Positions 47,846 through 52,888 of a DNA stretch of 52,888 nt are shown one piece after another (within the stretch, counting starts at the first letter, position 1; each line of letters opens with the position of its first letter). The stretch is from contig JBBRLJ010000037.1 in NCBI GenBank assembly GCA_038231435.1, forward strand, positions 1-52,888, in the 5' to 3' direction. Under the pieces are notes generated by a model that was not told the origin of the DNA, did no database searches, and saw only the letters and a list, made by a program, of their open reading frames with translations. Origin of the DNA: Planctomycetota bacterium (GTDB lineage Bacteria > Planctomycetota > UBA11346). Made by a program: the position numbers and the translations under genes.

Positions 47846-48832
47846 ATGTCAGTCGGCGATTATCTCAGGCTGCTCGGCGATGAGACCAGGCTCCGGGTGC
47901 TGCACCTGCTCGAGGCTGAGGCGTTGACGGTCGCCGAGCTGCAGGACGTTCTCGATCTGGGGCAGAGCTCGATCAGCGGGCACCTCGCGAAGCTCAAGCA
48001 GGCGGGGCTGATCCACGATCTGCCAGAGGGCAGTGCGCGGCGCTACCGCATCCGCGAGGACGCCGATGTGCGCCTGCGCTCGACCTGGGCCTCCGTGCGC
48101 GACCTCTCCAAACAGGAGGCGCAGTTCGCCGCCGATCTCCGCCGGCTCGAAGAGAGCCTCAAGGATCGCGGCGAGACCTGGGTTGATCGCGTCGCCGGCA
48201 GCCTGCACCGTGAGTACGCTCCGGGGCGGACGTGGGAGAGTCTGTGCCATGGGTTGCTGCTGTTCGCGCGCTTCGGGCGCTGTGTCGACGTTGGGGCGGG
48301 CGACGGCGCGATGGTCGAATTGGTCGCGCCCCAGGCGGATACCCTGACCTGCGTGGACCCATCGCCGGCGATGGTCTCGGCGGGACTCGAGCGGGTGAAG
48401 GCGCTGAAGCTCGCGAACGTGCGTTACCTCCAGGCCGAGGGCGAGGAGCTGCCGCTGGACGATGGCTCGTGCGATTCGGTGCTGTTTCTGCAGAGTCTGC
48501 AGTACGTGCGCGATCCCGCCAAGGCGCTCGCCGAGGCGGCGCGCGTGCTCGCTCCGGGCGGACGGCTGCTGGTGGTGACACTCGCCCGACATGATTTCGA
48601 AGAGGGCGACCGCTACGGCCATCGCCATCGCGGATTCGGGCTCGACGAGCTCAAGCGCTGGAGCCGCGGGCTGATCGAGCCACGCATCTACACCCTGCCG
48701 CCCGAGGTCCGTGCCCCGCGCTTCCAGACGGTGGTGTTGTCGGCGGTGAAGGAGGTCACGCGCACAGCGGTGCGCCCCGGCCGCACGTCCGCGACACGGG
48801 CCAACCACGCCGAGCGCGGAGACAGGCCATGA
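47846..48832 (+). CDS. ArsR-HTH plus SAM-methyltransferase-domain regulator (SahR-like)
   Basis: LGDETRLRVL...QSSISGHLAKLKQAGLI; PGRTW; VDVGAGDG; coupled to metH. Confidence 0.9.
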   Translation: MSVGDYLRLLGDETRLRVLHLLEAEALTVAELQDVLDLGQSSISGHLAKLKQAGLIHDLPEGSARRYRIREDADVRLRSTWASVRDLSKQEAQFAADLRRLEESLKDRGETWVDRVAGSLHREYAPGRTWESLCHGLLLFARFGRCVDVGAGDGAMVELVAPQADTLTCVDPSPAMVSAGLERVKALKLANVRYLQAEGEELPLDDGSCDSVLFLQSLQYVRDPAKALAEAARVLAPGGRLLVVTLARHDFEEGDRYGHRHRGFGLDELKRWSRGLIEPRIYTLPPEVRAPRFQTVVLSAVKEVTRTAVRPGRTSATRANHAERGDRP

Positions 48833-51800
48833 CCGGCGCCACGCCGGGCGGCACGGATCACGGCGAGAGCGGCCACGACTGCGGCATCGGCTGCCCGCAT
48901 CACGGCCGTCCCCAAGGCACCGGCTGGACCGCGGACGAGCCGGCCGATCACCTCGGGTACCGCCGCGATGCGCGCGCCGACCGCTTCGCCTATCTCGGCG
49001 CGATGCGCGAGCGGGTGCTGATCTACGACGGCGGATTCGGCACCGAGCTCTTCAAGTTCGACCTGCGTCCTGGCGATCTCGGCAGCGGCGAGCAGGACGG
49101 CTGCGTCGAGCTCATCCACCGCACCCGCCCCGAGATCGCGCCGAGCATCCACCGCCGCTATTTCGAGGCTGGCGCGGACGTGGTGGAAACCCATTCGTTC
49201 AACGCCATCCCCCACGCCCTGGGCGAGTTCGGCATCGCCGACCAGGCCGAGGAACTGGCCGAACTCGCCGCGCGCGCCGCGCGCGGCGCCGCCGACGAGT
49301 TCTCGACCCGCGAGCGCCCTCGCTTCGTCGCCGGGGCGTTGGGATCCGGCACCAAGCTGCCGTCGCTCGGGCTGATCGCCTGGGATGCCTTGTTCGCGTC
49401 GTACCGGGTCGGAGCGCGCGGTCTCCTGCGCGGCGGCGCCGACCTGATCCTCATCGAGACCGCCCAGGACATCCTGCAGGTGAAGTGCGCCGTGCTGGCG
49501 GCGCGCGAGGCAATGCGCGATCTCGGCCGCGAGGTCCCCATCCAGGCCCAGGTGACGATCGAGACCACCGGCCAGATGCTCGCCGGCACCGACGTAGCCG
49601 GCGCGCTGACCGCGCTCGAATCCCTGCCCATCGATGTCATCGGCCTGAACTGCGCCACCGGCCCCGATCTGATGGACAGCCACATCCGCTACATCGGCGA
49701 GCACGCCACGCGCTGGGTCAGTTGCCTGCCCAACGCCGGCCTGCCGCGCAATGTCGGCGGCAAGGCGGTCTACGACCTGACGCCCGAGGAGCTGACCAGG
49801 TGGCACGCCAAGTTCGTCAAGGACTACGGCGTCAACGCCATCGGCGGCTGCTGCGGCACCACGCCCGACCACATCCGCGCGGTGGCGCGCCAGCTGCATG
49901 GCGCCACCGCCGGGCGTAAGCGCGCGGACAGTTCAGTACCCTCGCTGTCGTCGCTCTACACCAGCGTGCCGCTCAAGCAGGACGCCGGCATACTCATCGT
50001 CGGCGAGCGCACCAACGCCACCGGCTCGAAGGCCTTCCGCGAGCTGCTCTTCAAGGATGACTGGGACGGCATGGTCGCGCTGGCCCAGGAGCAGGTCGCC
50101 GAAGGCGCCCACGTGCTCGACGTGTCGGTGGCCTGGACGGGCCGCGACGAGCGCCGCGACATGCGCGAGGTGATGAAGCGATTCGCCACCGCGGTGAACC
50201 TGCCGATCATGGTCGACTCGACCCAGATCGACGTGATGGAGGAGGCGCTCAAGCACCTGGGCGGCCGGGCGATCATCAACTCGGTGAATCTCGAGGACGG
50301 CATCGACAAGTTCGACCGCGTCTGCGAGCTGGCCAAGCGCTACGGCGCCGCCCTGGTCGCGCTCACCATCGACGAGGACAAAGAGGCCTCGATGGCCAAG
50401 AGCGTCGAGCGAAAGCTCGAGATCGCGTCGCGCATGTACGAGCTGATCACGAAGAAGCACGGCCTGCCGGGCTCCGGGATCCTCTTCGACCTGCTCACCT
50501 TCCCGATCACCCAAGGCGACGAGGACACGCGCAAGCTCGGATTGTGGACGCTCGAGGGCATCGAGGCGGTGAAGGCGAAGTTTCCCGACGCGGGTTTCAT
50601 CCTCGGCCTGTCCAATGTCTCGTTTGGCATCAAGCCGCACGCGCGCCAGGTGCTGAATTCGGTCTATCTCGACGAGGCGATCAGGCGCGGGCTGACTGCG
50701 GCGATCCTCAACGCCGCCAAGATCAAACCGGTCAACCAGATCCCCGAGCAGGAGGTCGAGATGAGCCGCGACCTCATCTACGACCGCCGCGTGATCTCCG
50801 AAGCCGGGGAGACGACCCACGATCCTTTGTTCGTGTTCGTCGACCACTTCACCAAGAACGTGGCCAGCGCAGCACAGACCGCGGACGCCGAACTGGCGCT
50901 GTCGATCGAGGATCGCCTCAAGCGCCGCATCATCGATGGCAAGAAGATCGGCGTCGAGAAGCACCTCGACGAAGCGCGCGGAAAATACACGCCCATCCAG
51001 ATCATCAACGACATCCTGCTCGATGGCATGAAGGTGGTCGGCGAACTGTTCGGCTCGGGCAAGATGCAGCTGCCGTTCGTGCTGCAGTCGGCCGAGTGCA
51101 TGAAGGCGTGCGTGCGCCATCTCGAGCAGTTCATGGACAAGGCCGGCGGCAACCAGAAGGGCACCATGGTGCTGGCGACGGTGAAGGGCGATGTCCACGA
51201 CATCGGCAAGAATCTCGTCGACATCATCCTGACCAACAACGGCTACAAGGTGCATAACCTCGGCATCAAGCAGCCGATCGATGCCATCCTCGCCGCCGCC
51301 GAGCAGTTCAAGCCAGACGCCATCGGCATGTCCGGCCTTTTGGTCAAGTCGACGGTGGTGATGAAGGAGAACCTCGAGCACATGGCGGCGCGCGGCATCA
51401 ACGCCACCGTCATCCTCGGCGGCGCTGCGCTCAATCGCGCGTATGTCGAGGTCGACCTGCGCGCCAGCTACCAGGCCGGTTCGCGCAGCCACGAGCAGGC
51501 GCCGGTCTACTACGCTCCCGACGCTTTCGATGGTCTCACCTTGATGGAGGAGATCTGCAAGCAGGTGCCGGCGGAGAAATTCCGCCTCACCACCAAGAAG
51601 GCGGCTACGCGTTCAGCGAAGACCGCGAACCAGATCCTCGAGGAGAAGCTCGAACTCGGGAAGGCCTACGTGCCGTCCCAGGTCGCGCCGGCGCCGCGCA
51701 TCCCCAGGCCGCCGTTCTGGGGCCGGCAGCTGGCCACCGGCACGGATCTCGACCTGCCGACGATCTCCAGATACATCAACTCCAACGCGCTGTTCCGCGG

Positions 51801-52557
51801 CCAGTGGGGCTTCCGCCAGGGCCAGGAGCTGAGCGCTGCCGAGTGGAAGGACCTCGTCGAACGCGAGGCCGAGCCGGTGCTCAAGCGCCTGGTCGAGCAG
51901 GCCACGCGCGAGCGCATGCTCGATCCGGCGGTGGTGTACGGCTATTGGCCATGCGCCTCGGATAAGAACGACCTCATCGTCTTCGATCCGGAGACCGGCG
52001 CCGAGCGCTGCCGCTTCAATCTGCCGCGACAGATGGCCGAGGGTTCACGCCACCTGTGCGTCGCAGACTTCTTTCGCGCGCGCGGTTCAGAAGCCCTCGC
52101 GGACGAGCGTTCGATCATCCCGGCCAAGGCCTGGGACAATGGCGCGCGCGACGTCTTCGCGGCGCACTGCGTGACCATGGGCAAGGTCGCGAGCGAGCAC
52201 TGCCAGCGCCTGTTCAAGGCCGACAACTACCAGGAATACCTCTATTTCTACGGACTCTCGGTCGAATCCGCCGAGGCCCTGGCCGAGTATTGGCATAAGC
52301 GCATCCGCCAGCAGCTCGGCATCGCCCAGGACGACGCCCTGGAGCTGAAGGAGCTGTTCACCCAGCACTATCAGGGCAGCCGCTACTCGTTCGGCTACCC
52401 AGCATGTCCGCGACTCGAAGACCAGCGCCAGCTCGATCAGCTGCTGCACTGGAAGGACATCGGCATCGAGCTGTCGGAGGAGTTCCAGCTCCATCCCGAA
52501 CAATCGACCAGCGCGCTGATCGTTCACCATCCGGCAGCCAAGTACTTCAATCTCTAA
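48829..52557 (+). CDS. metH: Cobalamin-dependent methionine synthase
   Basis: GLNC, GGCCGT, GERTN, DVHDIGKN, SGLL, RYSFGYPACP, PEQSTSA. Confidence 0.98.
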   Translation: MTGATPGGTDHGESGHDCGIGCPHHGRPQGTGWTADEPADHLGYRRDARADRFAYLGAMRERVLIYDGGFGTELFKFDLRPGDLGSGEQDGCVELIHRTRPEIAPSIHRRYFEAGADVVETHSFNAIPHALGEFGIADQAEELAELAARAARGAADEFSTRERPRFVAGALGSGTKLPSLGLIAWDALFASYRVGARGLLRGGADLILIETAQDILQVKCAVLAAREAMRDLGREVPIQAQVTIETTGQMLAGTDVAGALTALESLPIDVIGLNCATGPDLMDSHIRYIGEHATRWVSCLPNAGLPRNVGGKAVYDLTPEELTRWHAKFVKDYGVNAIGGCCGTTPDHIRAVARQLHGATAGRKRADSSVPSLSSLYTSVPLKQDAGILIVGERTNATGSKAFRELLFKDDWDGMVALAQEQVAEGAHVLDVSVAWTGRDERRDMREVMKRFATAVNLPIMVDSTQIDVMEEALKHLGGRAIINSVNLEDGIDKFDRVCELAKRYGAALVALTIDEDKEASMAKSVERKLEIASRMYELITKKHGLPGSGILFDLLTFPITQGDEDTRKLGLWTLEGIEAVKAKFPDAGFILGLSNVSFGIKPHARQVLNSVYLDEAIRRGLTAAILNAAKIKPVNQIPEQEVEMSRDLIYDRRVISEAGETTHDPLFVFVDHFTKNVASAAQTADAELALSIEDRLKRRIIDGKKIGVEKHLDEARGKYTPIQIINDILLDGMKVVGELFGSGKMQLPFVLQSAECMKACVRHLEQFMDKAGGNQKGTMVLATVKGDVHDIGKNLVDIILTNNGYKVHNLGIKQPIDAILAAAEQFKPDAIGMSGLLVKSTVVMKENLEHMAARGINATVILGGAALNRAYVEVDLRASYQAGSRSHEQAPVYYAPDAFDGLTLMEEICKQVPAEKFRLTTKKAATRSAKTANQILEEKLELGKAYVPSQVAPAPRIPRPPFWGRQLATGTDLDLPTISRYINSNALFRGQWGFRQGQELSAAEWKDLVEREAEPVLKRLVEQATRERMLDPAVVYGYWPCASDKNDLIVFDPETGAERCRFNLPRQMAEGSRHLCVADFFRARGSEALADERSIIPAKAWDNGARDVFAAHCVTMGKVASEHCQRLFKADNYQEYLYFYGLSVESAEALAEYWHKRIRQQLGIAQDDALELKELFTQHYQGSRYSFGYPACPRLEDQRQLDQLLHWKDIGIELSEEFQLHPEQSTSALIVHHPAAKYFNL

Positions 52558-52569
52558 GGCTTTTTGTGC

Positions 52570-52888
52570 GGGGGCTGTGCCCCCGGGCCCCCACGGCCTT
52601 TGTCGTCCTTCTTTTTGTCCCTGCGGGCCAAAAAGTTTGCGTGATGGGCTTCGCCCATTGTTCACGCAAACCAGGACTCGGCGGCCGGTCGCTTTGCTCC
52701 GGCTTGATCTGGGCTGCGCCCAAAAACGGGGGCCCCGTCGCTCCGCGATCGCGATGGGGCGGGCGCCGAGGGGCGGTCGGCGGATATAATCGGCGCAGCC
52801 GATCCGCCGACGATGTCGCAGCGCAGCGGAGACATTGAGCCCCGACAAAGCCCGTGGGGTAGGCCCGCAGGGCCGTAGGGGCGAAGCC
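52570..52888. repeat. Structured dispersed repeat, copy 2 (REPIN/MITE-like), cut by the window end
   Basis: 17-bp inverted arms with one mismatch (52589-52605 / 52843-52859), internal hairpins, and blocks identical to 23835-23932. Confidence 0.8.

Noticed and set aside
1..52888. CRISPR array, tRNA/rRNA, SRP RNA near ffh, transposase, integrase, prophage or defence genes
   Set aside because: No regularly spaced repeats or recognisable signatures seen by eye. The dGTPase sits in a housekeeping operon and looks like the ordinary type.

Overview
A high-GC (roughly 65-70% by eye) bacterial chromosomal window. Gene content suggests Planctomycetota or another PVC lineage (prepilin-type protein, DUF4388 giants, LacI/GHL6 locus); this taxonomy is an inference. 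About 43 real CDS can be supported, and most other ORF-track entries are GC-shadow ORFs. In order: (1) a lower-GC left edge with a truncated response regulator and a probable gene remnant; (2) a carbohydrate/envelope locus (SGNH-like protein, GT-C-like membrane protein, metallophosphoesterase, MFS, beta-helix protein, two LacI regulators, GHL6/GH151-like hydrolase); (3) a Zn-finger membrane protein coupled to hemC; (4) a minus-strand run rpe-dgt-PTPS-RF-like-folK-ffh; (5) trxA, a degenerate CheR, a novel excisionase-HTH protein and ychF; (6) two giant paralogous DUF4388-TM-PEGA-propeller proteins; (7) an S66 LD-carboxypeptidase, pilin-like protein, methyltransferase, HAD and hpf; (8) pyrBI followed by OsmC, MoaD/ThiS, a cysteine-motif-less radical-SAM homologue and a DASS transporter; (9) an L,D-transpeptidase-family protein, SDR, argC, a lipoprotein, trmB, a SahR-like regulator and metH. 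Best leads: the sulfur-carrier/pseudo-radical-SAM/DASS module, the DUF4388 pair, a structured REPIN/MITE-like repeat present twice, a pseudo-CheR with an unknown DNA-binding neighbour, and candidate structured RNAs. No rRNA, tRNA, CRISPR array or transposase was recognised. All family calls come from motif recognition, not database searches.
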